Below, in pieces: positions 1 through 13,938 of a stretch of DNA of 64,000 bases. The notes under the pieces are model-generated. The model had not been told where the DNA came from. It searched no databases and saw nothing but the letters and a program-made list of their open reading frames with translations. The position numbers and the translations under genes are program-made. Source of the stretch: the human T2T-CHM13v2.0 reference genome, Homo sapiens; NCBI RefSeq assembly GCF_009914755.1, contig NC_060937.1. One strand, given 5' to 3'. How positions within the stretch are numbered: the stretch's first letter is position 1; the number at the start of each line of letters is the position of its first letter.

Positions 1-502
1 AAAGAAGAAGTAAAATTAACCCTGTTCAACGACGACATGTCTTACAGCTAGAAAACCATAAAGGCTTCACAAAAAACTCTTAGATTTGAATAAATGAATT
101 CAACAAAGTTTCAGTATATACAAAGCCAATGTACAAAAATCAGTAGCGCTTCTACATGCTGATAACAATCTAGCTGAGAACAAAATCAAGAAGGCAATTT
201 CATTTACAAAAGGTACAAGAAAAAATACCTAAGAATATATTTAACCATGGAGGTGAAAGATCTTTACAAGGAAAACTACCAAGCACTGATGAAAGAAATA
301 GTAGATGACATAAACAAATGGAGAAACGTGCCATGCTCACAGATCAAAATTAATATAATTAAAAATGATCTTACTGCCTGAAGCAACTACGGATTCAACT
401 ACCAATGTCATTTTTCACAAAATTAGAAAAAGCAATTGTAAAATTCATAGGAAATGAAAAACAAAACAAAACAAAACAAAATGCCCAAATAATCAAAGCA
501 AT
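1..502 (+). mobile_element. Old L1 ORF2 (RT region) fragment
   Basis: Degenerate L1 ORF2 sequence including a remnant of the FADDM motif (ttc aac gac gac atg) and tacaaaaatcagtagc...ggaggtgaaagatctttacaaggaaaactac. Confidence 0.85.
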
Positions 503-768
503 CCTGTAATCCCAACATTTTGGGATGCCAAGGTGGGTGGATTGCTTGAGCTCAGGAGTTTCAGGCCAGCCTGGGCAACATGGCAAAACCTTGTCTTTAC
601 AAAAGATTCAAAAATTAGCCCCGTGTGGTTGCATGTACCTGTGGTTCCAGCTACCTGGGAGGCTGAGGTGGGAAGATCACTTGAGCCCAGGAGACAGAGG
701 TTGTAATGAACCAAGACAGCACCAATGCGCTCCAGCTTGCATGACAGAGTGAGACCCAGTCCCAAAAA
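503..768 (+). mobile_element. AluJ-type, 5' truncated
   Basis: cctgtaatcccaacattttggga...ttgcttgagctcaggagtt...gacagagtgagaccc with a short A tail; fused directly to the L1. Confidence 0.9.
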
Positions 769-784
769 ACAGCGAGCCTAAGAA

Positions 785-880
785 TAAAGTCACTTCTGTT
801 GCATTCTATGGGTCATGCAGGTAGCCAAGGCAGGCTCTGATTCAAGAGAAGGGAAATTAGCCAGCACCTCTCAATTTGCA
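785..880. mobile_element. MLT1-like (MaLR) LTR fragment
   Basis: gtcacttctgttgcattctatgggtca...ctgattcaagagaagggaaattag resembles the MLT1J/K consensus. Confidence 0.5.
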
Positions 881-929
881 TTTATCTCTAATCTATCCCA
901 TCAAGCTTTTGGAGATGATGGATATAAAA

Positions 930-1570
930 TAATCAAGGATGACTCAGATTTCTAACATGAATAACCGGGAGTGCCTCCTACTTTAACAGAGATGATAGAA
1001 GGACCAGACTTAAAGAGAAAGACAATGAGTTCTTCTTTGAAGAATAGGAGTTTCAAAAAATAATAAAGATAATATTGATCTACGTATTTAATCATGATTA
1101 AATATCACAGCATTTTATAACAACTAGGTTCCTTGGTATTGACGATCCTAGGTCTTTATGACCTAGTCTTTGTGTTTTTTCCTAATTTCAGCTTCTGCCC
1201 ACCCGGATTTATGATCATTTATTTTGCACTTACTATATTCTAAGCACTGTTTCAGGGATTGAAACTGCACTAATAATCAAATCAGATAAGGTGACACTTA
1301 GATACGGGTGGAGGACGATAGACAATAAATAAACACACAAATAAAATTATTTTGGATTTTTATAAAGGTTGCAAAGATAATAAAATTGTGATATAAAAGG
1401 GAATAATAGGTAGGAGAAAAGGATACCAATGAGATCAAGTGTTCTGGAAGTCTTCACTGAGAAGGTGATAATATGAGCTGAGACCCAACAGAGGAGCCAT
1501 TCACACTTGCCCAGCAGAGATAAAATGAGGGTAGAGGCCACGGGTTTGGAATGAGGACAGAAAGGTCACT
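930..1570 (-). mobile_element. L2 fragments
   Basis: atcaaggatgactcagatttct...gacaatgagttc and cacttactatattctaagcactg...ttcactgagaaggtgata are typical antisense L2 motifs. Confidence 0.55.
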
Positions 1571-2057
1571 GAATGTGCCTCCATGTTCCATGCTCTTCTT
1601 TGCCTCCATGAATCTGCACAGAGTATTTCTTCCCCATATACCTTTTCTAACTTCTTTGTCTGAATAAATCCTATTTTTCCACTGAAACTCAATTAAGGTG
1701 TTTTATTTTTAGGAAAGTCTCCCATAAAATCTCAAAGTTAGAAATATTTTCCTGGGCTTCAATAAGGTGGCTCTTGGAAATCTCATTTTATTATCTAAGC
1801 AAGAGCAAAATTCCAGGTTTTAGGAAACTTCTGAAAGAAATTTGAACTTGGCCTAGGGCTTGCTGTGTTCTCATTTTGCCATTCTTAGTCTTTGGCACCA
1901 AAAATTCACCTTTTATGGAATTGCGTTTAGAGACAGAGAGAAGATCTCTGTGGTGGGAGCTCCAATCCCCTCTGCTAGCCTCCTCATGTGCTCTCTGTCT
2001 TAGCTGCCAGCAAGATTTCCAGCTTCACCCCAGTGGTCAAAGAGAAGGACCACGTGT

Positions 2058-2175
2058 TTGAGATGATGGATATGCTAATTAGCCTGAGCTGATCACTATA
2101 CATTCTATGTATCAAAACATCACTATGTGCCCCAGGAATAAGTACAGTTATTAATTGGCAATTAATAAGATAAAA
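2058..2175 (+). mobile_element. L1MA-type 3' end fragment
   Basis: tgagatgatggatatgctaattagcctga...aacatcactatgtgcccc is an L1MA-like 3' terminus. Confidence 0.7.
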
Positions 2176-4208
2176 AGAGGAGAATCAAGAAAAGGGTAAA
2201 AAGAGGTTTCAGGGCTACATGTCCCGGAGCTGCCTGGGAAAATCACTGTTCATAGATAAGGGCATGGAGAAAAATAACAACAATGTCCATCATTTAACAC
2301 TGTATCAGTGTTGTGTAGAATTTTTTTTTCCAGCAAGCATTTACAGACAAGAAGGGAGCTAGCAAGGAACCATGGAGGATGGGCTTAGTTTGCTCCTTCT
2401 GTGCATGCAGAGGGCATGCCACTCCGTGTTCCCTAACACTCCAAAGGAGAAAGGGAATAGGGTGTGAAACAAAAACCACAGAGCTATGTGATCGCTTTCC
2501 CTGTTCTATGCCACCTAGAAGCCATTTGTAAACACACAGCTTCAGAATTCAGCTTCAGCATCATGAACTGCCAAATTATAGCACAGGCATTATCAATCCT
2601 AGAGAGTTTTACTGTGTGTCTTTTGTTTCTAAAAATTCAAACATAAAATAATTAACCTCTATTTAGAAAAATTATGACTATGTCTAACAGGGTGAAGAAT
2701 AAGTAAAAACATTCCCTCTCACATGCATAATTTATGAGAACTCAAGCAGAAGTTTATATCTCAAAATCAACAAAAGTTTCTTGCGAACTATAACGTTTCA
2801 GTTTCATAAACTTCCAAAAGACAATCTATTGGCTTTCTGTATTTTTCCAGGAAATATATTGAATGGAATAAGCTGTTAAGGCCGCAACTCTAAAAGCTGG
2901 CAATTCTGGTGTTTTGTGATGAATGACAGAGAAAATATCAGTCACTAAATAATGGCCTAAGAGAAAATAACCTTGAAGTATAAATGTGAACATTTGTACA
3001 ACAGAAACAAGAGAAAGCCTTCTCCATCATTGACAAACTACATGATTGTATCTGAATAATGGAAACCTGATGATCTTATTGCTAGCACTTTCTTGTCAAT
3101 CATCAGAGTCAGAAGTACCCGTTTTATGCTGAAAAACAATTCATTTGAGGGCCAAGGGAAGGTATCCAATACACAATGTAGTTTATCAAAGATATTATCA
3201 TTAGCCTAATGTTTTTGATTCTTGTTTTTGCCAAATGAAAGCTGCATCATAAAGAGCTGCTTATGTACATTTTCTCAGGTGAATTAGAAGAGTACACTTC
3301 CTTGAAAATAAAATTTAAAAATATTTATTTAAAGCAGTATCAAATACAAGTTTTTATATCTAATTTGAAACTACAATTTGCTGTTTTATGTTTTATAAGA
3401 CACACTTGTTACTTCTTGAACAGTGTTGTTTAAAAGGACAAATTTATACGATGTTTTGGACACACACAATTTCAAATTTAACTGTGGGGGAAAAAAACAC
3501 TTTCAGTTAGGAATTAGAAGACAGTTATTACATGTAACTTAATTAGCTGTAAAGAAACTCATGGGGATTGAATTCCAGGGTCTAAAAGCCTAGTGTTAAA
3601 TTAAATGCCTAATGACTTGTCATAGGTTCCTGAGCCAGTCTGAAAAGTACTGAATAGGCATTTGCTTCTGCCATTACAGAGTGGCAGGCACTGAAAGGTT
3701 TGGTCCCTAGGAGGGGGCTGGGGTAGAGCATTAGGGATTCTGTGATCCATATTGCCTCTGCCTAGCAACAGCAAGTGTGTGCACAACCATGGAGAAAAGA
3801 GAGGCAGATGCTCAGCAATCGGTCATTGAGCATGCTCTACAGAACAGCAGGAGAGAAAACTTAGCTACAGGAATTCTGCCTTATATCTTTTTTCTACAGA
3901 TTTCACAATTCACATCGCTCAGTGTAGTCTCACGTATGAAAATCCTTTCTATGAGTATAGCTAAGATTCTGAGGTGTAGCAGTCAGGTTCAAAGGGCATA
4001 CATAACCAACGCCTAAAATATATTTTAAAATGCAATTCAGATGGGCAAGTTAATACCAAGTATGTACTATACAATGTAAGTTGTTTTGAAAGCCTATAAT
4101 GGGAAGAGTTATTAGGGGCTGGGATGAATGTATATATTATACTTTTTTGGTGACAATATATATCTTAATATAAATAGTTTGGAGTACTGATTATACCAAT
4201 AGACTTAA

Positions 4209-4532
<324 letters not shown>

Positions 4533-4712
4533 TGATATTCAAAATAGTAATGTAACCCACAAGAAACAGATGAGTGTTTATAACAAGTATTAAAATGTTA
4601 AATGATGAAGCTAACACTTCCTACACTTTCTGCTGCATAGTATATAGTGGAATCTTGTATTTTTCTGCATATGCTTATCCTTTTATATTGGGGACCCAGG
4701 AACAGACAAAAA

Positions 4713-4940
4713 ATAGTAATAATAATAATAATAATAATAATAGCTGATAATAATAGATAGCCACTCTTTCATGAGCAAATATGCCAGGAAATATGCTAAG
4801 TTCTGTACTTGCATTATTACATTTCATCTTCACAAGGCAACATATTTTAGAGAAGAGAAAATAGAAATGCAAAGGATAAGTTGTCCAACACTACATCCTT
4901 GGTTAGGGGCAGAAAAGAGCACTATATCCAATTCATAGAC
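4713..4940 (-). mobile_element. (AAT)n tract followed by MIR
   Basis: AAT run, then atgccagg...ctaag...catttcatcttcacaa...ttttagagaagagaaaa, which is antisense MIR core. Confidence 0.6.
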
Positions 4941-4941
4941 C

Positions 4942-5260
4942 TTATTTACTTATTTATTTATTCTATTTTATTTTATTAATTTGACAGGGTCTCATTCTGT
5001 TCCGCAGGCTGGAATGCACTGGTACAATCTTGGCTCACTGCAGCCTCAACCTGCCTGGCTTCAGGTGACCCTCCCACCTCAGCTTCACAAGTAGCTGGGA
5101 CTACAGGCACATGCCACCATGCCCAGCTAAATTTTCTTTTCTTTGTAGAGACAGAATTTTGCTATGTTGCCCAAGCTGGTCTCCAACTCCAAGGCTCAAG
5201 TGATCTGCCTTGCCTCGGCCTCCCAAAGTGTTGTGATTTCAAGAAGGAGCCACCACAACC
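4942..5260 (-). mobile_element. AluJ-type
   Basis: (TTTA)n-like tail, gacagggtctcattctg...ggagccaccac, two arms. Confidence 0.9.
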
Positions 5261-5965
5261 AATTTGTTCTTTTACTTTTAATATAATATTTTATTTCAAT
5301 GGTAGAGAGATGAGTTACTTGATACCAATAAAACATTTTCCCCACAGTTCTTATACCCTTAGATGATCAGAAATTTACATGGAAGAAGATATGTCTATGG
5401 TATATGTATTAGGAATGGAAAGGTTTTCTTTCTCTATGCCCTAAGCTACTTATTCCAGGGCAGGGAAAATGTTAATGCATGATCCCTTTCCTTCTATGTG
5501 CTGATCAACAGCCATCGATAATTCCTTGCCTGGTTGTCTTTCCATTCCCCAGGTCTACTCCTCCATTTTAAATAGGATATTGATTTCCTACCAGACTCTT
5601 CTGTTTTGAAGATAGGGGAAATAAAGAAATAAAAGCTCTGAGAGTCCTGAGAAATGAGCAGGATGTACAGTAGGTAGAGAGGATGGCTTCTGGTTCTGGG
5701 AAGCCATAATAGAATAAGGAAATGGCAGGGTGGATAGTGAGGCATGGAGAAAGATGGGAAAAATTTGAAATAAGTTTCATGGGATGTCATGAATGCAAGG
5801 ACTTATTGAAGCCAAATTTCTTCATGCAAAGTGCTATGTTTAAAAGCTGTCCAGGCGAGTTTGATAATCAGATACATTTGGGACCCATTGTCTTCTCTCC
5901 CTGAGAGAGTCAAGGAAATCTACAGAAGCTTGAAGTCACAGGTGAAACCCTAACCGATAATTTTA

Positions 5966-6150
5966 AGTAGTGCTCAGCCTTGATTGCACATTAGAATTTT
6001 CTGGAGAGTTTGAAACTTAAAAAGTTTCAAAGATGTGGTGAACATCCCAGATGTTCTGATTTAACTAGTTTGAAAGTGGGATATATGCAGCAATGTAGTG
6101 TTTACAAACTTCCCAGGTGATTCTAATATGATCCAGATAAAACCCATTGC
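5966..6150. mobile_element. MER5B-like hAT-Charlie MITE
   Basis: ttgattgcacattagaat...ttctgatttaact...cccaggtgattctaatatg. Confidence 0.65.
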
Positions 6151-6951
6151 AATAGATGAACAAAGGAATAGGGCCAACGTCAAGAGATGCCTGATATAAA
6201 GGCCTAGAAGGGGAAATATTGCAACAATGTTATGAATGTTCCCACCTGGCTGAAATACAGACTCTAAGCAGTGACGGTGGGCATTAAGAAAGGTAAAACT
6301 GAAAATTTAGGCAGAATCCACATAAGACTGTTGTGGCAGTTGGACTTTATGTGATAGACATTACAATGCTTAACAGTTGTGCTCAGATTTATGATGACCC
6401 AAACTGAGGGTTTCCCCGGGCTTGGGATTTTCAATTGTATAACTGGGAAAGTTTTTCCTAGATCTGCCTTTCCAAAAAATAAAACAAAACAAAAAACCTT
6501 TAGTAGTGTTGTGAGTAATGTTTTGGAGGAGGTTAATATTAGAGGCAAGGTGTTCAACTGGAGAAGCAAAATGTGAAAACAAATAATGAAAAGAAAAACC
6601 GACATTTGCAATAAAGGAATGTTTCTACCATACAAAAGAGAAAACAATAACTAATTTTAACCTGGGTATAATATAAGGGAAGGTTTTTCAGAGAAAGTGG
6701 TATTTGAGGGGACATTGGAGGACATGAATCTTTTCAAAGCAGTTTAAACATAGAAGAAGCATAAGGGAAAAGGACATGGTAATTGAATCTCATTCAGATA
6801 ACCCAGTGTGTTAAATAAGAAAACCAAACTAAGGAAAAGGCATTACCAACTTTACTTACATAAATGACTCAGTTATGACGGGGAACACCATAAGGACTAT
6901 GGTGTTTTCTCTCATGTTTCTCTCAGTAATCTCTTTGCTCTCCTTCTCTAA

Positions 6952-7294
<343 letters not shown>

Positions 7295-9297
7295 AGCATG
7301 AGATTTTCAAACTTATTTTTTAAAAATTTTCATAGCATGAAATATTTTTCCCCAAATTATATACTCCGGTATGTCATTTACAGGCATAATAAAATAGGAA
7401 AGGTATATTTTAGACATCCCAGATTAAAGAAGAGTAATGGAGAAAAACAAAAGATTCTAAGACAGTCAGTGGTTAACAATGGTCAGCTATGCCGTCAAAT
7501 TTGTAGCAAGTGCAAAGGTCTAGCATGGCTGCTGACCAGACACCAAAATCCACTGGATCTAAGAGGAGAAAGTCATTGTTTCCCAACACCAACCCAAGGT
7601 CCTTATGAGACAGCAAGGATGCAACATTATCATTAACTTACCTGTGTGATTTTTTTTAAAGATGGGTAGGGTACAACCTTGAGGGTTAGTAATTTCAGAA
7701 TAAAAAATATGTAGAGAGAGATGTTACTGTCCCTCAACTACTAACAGAAGCACAAAATGGCATCTTGCTATAGATCTCAGATATGCAGATATCAGGTAAA
7801 TCAAGAACATGAGTGGTGTTTTTAATTTGTTTGTTGATTGATTTTTAACATGAAGTTCATATTGTAGTAAGATTGGATTTAAATGATTATTTATTGCCTT
7901 TTTCAAATAACATTTGAATTAAAAACCTGTTGGAGTGATACACTTATCAAAAAAGAGTTTATAAAATAAAGGCCATGATATACAGACAAGTAGGGTTCTA
8001 GGCAGTTTTAAGAAGACACAATCCACAGTGTCTGCTCTATTTGTTATTTAACTGCTTTAGCACTCTTGCTATGCACTCTAACTCTCACCCGAGGTGTCCC
8101 TTGGTTGTACTAAGGCTACACCCTATGTGTTTCCTCTGTCCCTACATTCTCCCCACCTCCCCTGTCTCCTTGCTCACAGCAGTCTTGTTTCTTGCTTCCA
8201 TATCAAGGGGTTTGAAATAAATCAAGAAACAGAACCAACAATCTTGAGATTAAGAGAGCTTTAAAGAGCTGTAATTGTGGAACATTTTGAATCAATTTAG
8301 TTTACCATGCCATGGATAGTGTCTGATTGACATGAATCTCTTCACATTTTCTCCATTCCCCCAAGACTGGATAAACAGAAGGTTAGGAGGTCATGAGCAG
8401 CGGGCTGTTCAAATGTTGATTTTTCTCCTTTAACAATCCCATTAATGTGTAGGACGAAACCCAAATTAGTTCCAAAATTTAAGCTAATGTTGCAAAGCTG
8501 CTGAAATACCTTCATGAAAGGGAAAGGCAAATTAAATATATTGAAAAGCTATAGAGAGTTTGAATTGTAATGTTTTTAGACAAATAATCTATTTCCTTGC
8601 TTTTTATTTTTATTTGACATCTAGGCTACTCTACCTTTTAATTACTTACTTCACAATATTGTCAATCATGTAACAAAAACTACGGAAGGTCTTTGCTGTA
8701 AAAAATAGTTAAGAAATGTATTAAGCTTCCAATTCACATTTAGTAATCTTACAAATATTAGGCAAGAGGAATGACTACATGGAAGTAATTTTAACTGCCA
8801 CAGACTCTGCATCTGCAAAAATCATGCCAGAAACCAAGGGACAAGTTTTTTGTCTAAGACATGTCCTCAGTCGTCCTCGCCTTTATGTTACACACAGGGC
8901 AAGAATCAGTTTTAAGGGTATGACTACATGCTTTTTGTTTCCAGTTTCCTTTGTTATTATTCATTTAGATGATTGGCATCGGGATGGGAGTGCTTGGTCA
9001 AGGGAGCAACCTTAAACCTTAAACCTGTCCCATCGCAGAATGGTACTTGAAAGATTATTGTTTGACACAGAAACGTAAAAGTGGAGTAAGAAAGAAAGGG
9101 AAAGTAGGCTTCACACTCTTTGGAGAAATCAAGTGCTTCATCACAACGTGAAAGCAAAGAAAACTTCATGTCAAAATGCAAGGCTTTCATTACGGGCGAG
9201 CTGAGTCATGAAATAAATTCATGTGCTCAACAAAACTAGGCTAGCAGCGTCAGTTTTCTCAGGTTTACCCAGTGTTCAGCAGGATGATGTCTGGGTG

Positions 9298-9530
9298 GAG
9301 GCAATATGGTGTGATGGTTAGAGCCAAGTTTTTGTAGTTAAGATCTGGATTTGCAATCTGGCCCCAATATTTAACAGAGTAACACTGCACATTATATAAC
9401 CCTCTGTGACTCCGATTTTTTCATGAAAAAAAAAAAAAACAGCAACAAATAGTTCATACTTCAGAAGTGTATTTGGAGGTTTAATATAATAAACCATGTA
9501 AACAACTTAACCCAGTTGCTAAAATACATT
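9298..9530 (+). mobile_element. MIR
   Basis: gcaatatggtgtgatggttagagc...ctggatttgcaatctggc...aaccctctgtgactc. Confidence 0.65.
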
Positions 9531-9889
9531 CATTTGAATTGATAGAAGATGTTTGTTCTGCTAATATATGATCAGTACAATTGCAGCATCATTAGCCTAG
9601 AATTAATAGAAGTAATACAATTCTTCTTTCTATGATGCTGCTGCTTAGAAAGAATATATAAAATGAAAATGTAAAAATATCTATGGCATGAAATTAACAC
9701 AGAGCTTTCTCTTTGGATGAGATTAGAGAAGTACCAGAACAAGTCTGCAATCAAATCCTGCCAACATTAATTGTTTTAATATGTTGATTCATAAGGAATC
9801 TGTTATTAGGAGATTAACCCAAATAGTGCAATTTATTCAGGCAAAGAAACATGCAGGGAACCATCCAGATCTAAGAGCATCTGTGACTT

Positions 9890-10170
9890 CATTCAGGTGC
9901 ATTCATTACTGAGCACCTTCTGTATGTCAGGGGCTACAGTATGACTGGTGAGTAAGATGGATGTGTTCCTGACACTGCCTAGAGGAGGAGATGGAAAAGT
10001 AATAACACAATGCAATATAGGGTGTGTATAATGAGGACATTTATCCAAGAGAGTCTATGGAGGGGTTTGCTTCATAGAATGCTCCTGCGGTGAGACAAGA
10101 CGTGAGATGACCTTTAAAGAGTGTGCAGGACTTAGCTATGTGAATGAAGGTTAATGAGAAAGCATTCCAA
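9890..10170 (-). mobile_element. L2 3' region
   Basis: cattcattactgagcaccttctgtatgtcagg is an antisense L2 3' end. Confidence 0.55.
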
Positions 10171-10620
10171 ATCCTGAGAGATGGACTAAAGATAAATCTC
10201 AGACTTATTTAGACCAAACCAAGGAAAACTTTTGGTAAGAAAGATATGAAGCAAGACATGCTAAAGCAGAATTTTCTTTAAGGCACATGATCTTACTAGA
10301 AAACCTTTAATATTTGAATTTAATAATTTCTGAATAACCTAAGAATACATGCGGTAAAACACAACTTATGATTTTAAAAGGTATATATGAAAGTAAAATG
10401 TTATTCCTGAATTTTTTAAATAATGCTATCAGTTATCCAATGTTATTTTGCTTTGGGAAAATCTTCAATCAGAGAAAAATATTCTCTTTGATAGTAAATG
10501 CAAGATACTCCAGAACAACTCTGTAAGAATTTCGTTTTCATTTTTTTCTCCATTGAAATCTCAAAACATTTTGAAAGGAAAAAAATCCCAATACAATGTC
10601 TTTTAAAATTGTATCTTTTG

Positions 10621-10692
10621 GGGAGGATTGCTTGAACCCAGGAGTTTGAGATCAGCCTGGGCAACATAGCAAGACCCCATATCTACAAGAAA
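10621..10692 (+). mobile_element. Alu left-arm/FLAM fragment
   Basis: gggaggattgcttgaacccaggagtttgagatcagcctgggcaacatagcaagacccc. Confidence 0.85.
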
Positions 10693-11039
10693 AGTGTCTT
10701 TTAAAAAATAGCACCAATTCTTATTTTTTTGTTACATGCTATATGTTTTTTGTTATGTTTTATCTTGTATTATTAGGCTTTATCACCCTTCCATAACTTC
10801 ATATTAGCAAGAATACAAACATCTTGAGAGAAGTGTTGGAAATTATTAAATGCCTTCCATTGCTTTGCTTCTTAGATACTGAAGATGGGATTAGAGTTAT
10901 GGCTTTTTCATAGGTTTTGACATTGAAACCACTTTTTATATTTATAACATATACAGAAGAACATAAGCAAAGAAAACACGTTCAGTAAGGAAGAACATTT
11001 TTAGTGGTTCAGGAACAAAATGGAGAATATATATTCAAT

Positions 11040-11170
11040 GTTTCATTGTCTCTCCTAATAGGCTATAAGCTCTATGAGAGCAGAGACCTGACACCTGGGA
11101 ATCCCAAGTGCCCCGTGCATTTCCTGGAATGTGTTCTATGAAATATATGTTGAAACAGTTATTAAGGAAA
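11040..11170 (+). mobile_element. L2 3' end
   Basis: ggctataagctctatgagagcagagacc...aaatatatgttgaa. Confidence 0.6.
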
Positions 11171-12688
11171 TTAATGCATGACCAAAGTGTATTAATTACT
11201 TTGCAGGTAAAAATATAAATATAAATATGCAAGAAATTCAAATTACAATTTCTATCTCGAACAACTCTTTGACAGGAATTTGGCAGCTTCAGTTAATGCA
11301 ATATCATTGACAGCATTCTGTTATGAGGATATGGTAAAGGAGTTTATGAGTACTTTGTTCCCAGGCTTTCACAAAAGTTATTGTGGCCAAAGATGACGTT
11401 AAATCAGCTTCAATGCCATGACCAAAATGAGTGCAGGCAAAAAATAAATCTGAGTTCATTCACTGGCTGCAGAGAGACCTAAAGAGCAACAGGTGAGCAG
11501 AGCAGGCTGCTTCTGCATTCTCTGTTTCATTTCATGAATTGTACATCTTGGGAACTTTACTCCATTCAACATTTGTAGGATAATATTAACAGTGAACAGC
11601 TATGGCATAAGAGAAAATCTTTGCAATCATCGTGTCGATTCTTTAAACCCCCTTCTCCAAAGAAAAACTAAAGAAAGCAAAGCATACTACTGTGCTAATA
11701 TGGATCTTTAAGAAGATTTAGGCCATATCAATATTTCAATATCTTTCAAGTCTAAAGCCTGCAATGACTTCTTATCTTCCCATTTACCACTTTGAACATC
11801 TTTCATCAATGTATCTTATCATTGTGTAGTAAAATTACTCTAGTTTCTTTAAAATATTAGATCTCTGAGTCCAAAACATAAAAACCTAAGAAAATGAGTT
11901 AATACTGCTGACAAGGACTCAAAATAGCAAATGTGATTTTAGAGTTAGAGGGAATGGACACAAAAGAAGCTGTTCACTTCAGTATTAAGGGAAAAGTTCA
12001 TTTCACCTTGTTTCAGGCTTCCATGACAACCAGATTAGCTTAACTAATCACACAACTAGAGGAAAAAATTGAGAAAGCAAGTTCAGGTATCTTGAACCTT
12101 GAGTATTTAGTGAGTAGCAACAGACAAAGCAGCCAGGGCTTATATGGGATCATTAAGGCCAAATTCAAAAGAAACTGAGTACATTTTACAATTCAGAAGT
12201 CTTTCACTTTTTCTCTTTCTCTTTTCATCTTACATAGCATTTCCAAGTATTGTTCTGGAATAGATAATTACTATCATTTAAGAGTGAACAGAGAACCAAT
12301 ATTTTCTTCAGATAGATGTAAACAGTCTTTTGAGAACTCACTCAAACACAAAGCAATTATGCTGGCTGATTAAGGGTAAGAAGTATGAGATTCTGTTATT
12401 TAATACAGCATTTTTAATATATGGAAATTTTACAAGAAATTTATTACTCCCTTGCGATGAACTTACTTGGTTTCTTATTCCTGACAAATCAAAAAAATGA
12501 GCAAGATATGAGAAAAGTTTTAGTACTTACATCTGCTATTGTACTAAAGTCTTTTATTTTATTAACACTTTATAATAAGTATTTACTGATATAAATAAAA
12601 CAATACCATATAATTTACTAAGAGTCTTCACACATCCACATATTTTACACTTCCTAAAAACCTGTGAGGAAAATGTTGTCTATATATA

Positions 12689-12908
12689 CAGTTGTCCTCA
12701 AGCATCTGTGGGGGATTGGTTCCAGGACCTCATGTGGATACCAAAATCCATGGCTGCTCTAGCCCTGCAGCAGTTGGCCCTACGGGACCCATGGATAGGA
12801 AAAAATCAGCCTTCCATATCTGAATGTTCCACATCCTATGAATGCTGCATTTTCCATCCACATTTGGTTGAATCCAAGGATGCGGAACCTGCAGATACAG
12901 AAGGCTGA
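12689..12908 (+). mobile_element. MER2/MER8-like Tigger MITE nested in a MIR
   Basis: cagttgtcctc...gggggattggttccaggacc...gataccaaaatcc...ggatgcggaacctgcagatacagaaggctga, with TA-rich flanks and MIR halves at ~12620-12680 and ~13050-13190. Confidence 0.8.
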
Positions 12909-12909
12909 T

Positions 12910-12928
12910 TATTTATATATATATATGC

Positions 12929-12975
<47 letters not shown>

Positions 12976-13040
12976 TATATATACGTATATATGTATATAT
13001 ATACGTATATATGTATATATACGTATATATATATATATAA
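12910..13040. repeat. Compound (TA)n/(CA)n microsatellite
   Basis: Directly visible; includes an uninterrupted TA run of ~34 nt at ~12930-12963. Confidence 0.97.
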
Positions 13041-13377
13041 TTTCAAATATTAAATCCATTCAGCAGGTGAGAATACTGAAGCTTAAGGAAATCTATCTGT
13101 GACCCCCTAAAGTTACAAGACTTATAAATAGCAGAGCCAGAAATCTCAGTCTGGACATACTAAAATTCATTAGTTTTTCCATTATACCACAGTCAATGTG
13201 TACATTTTAAGACAGAGGCCAAAAACATCAATTATTAAACCATTTATTACCACTCTTCAATGTGATTCATAATTATTAATCCGGTAGACAATAAATGTCA
13301 TCCACTTACAGCTGAATAGAAAATGCTCTAAAACCCAAAACTAATTTTGTGAGTAGCAGTTTGCTTCACTGTGATTA

Positions 13378-13938
<561 letters not shown>

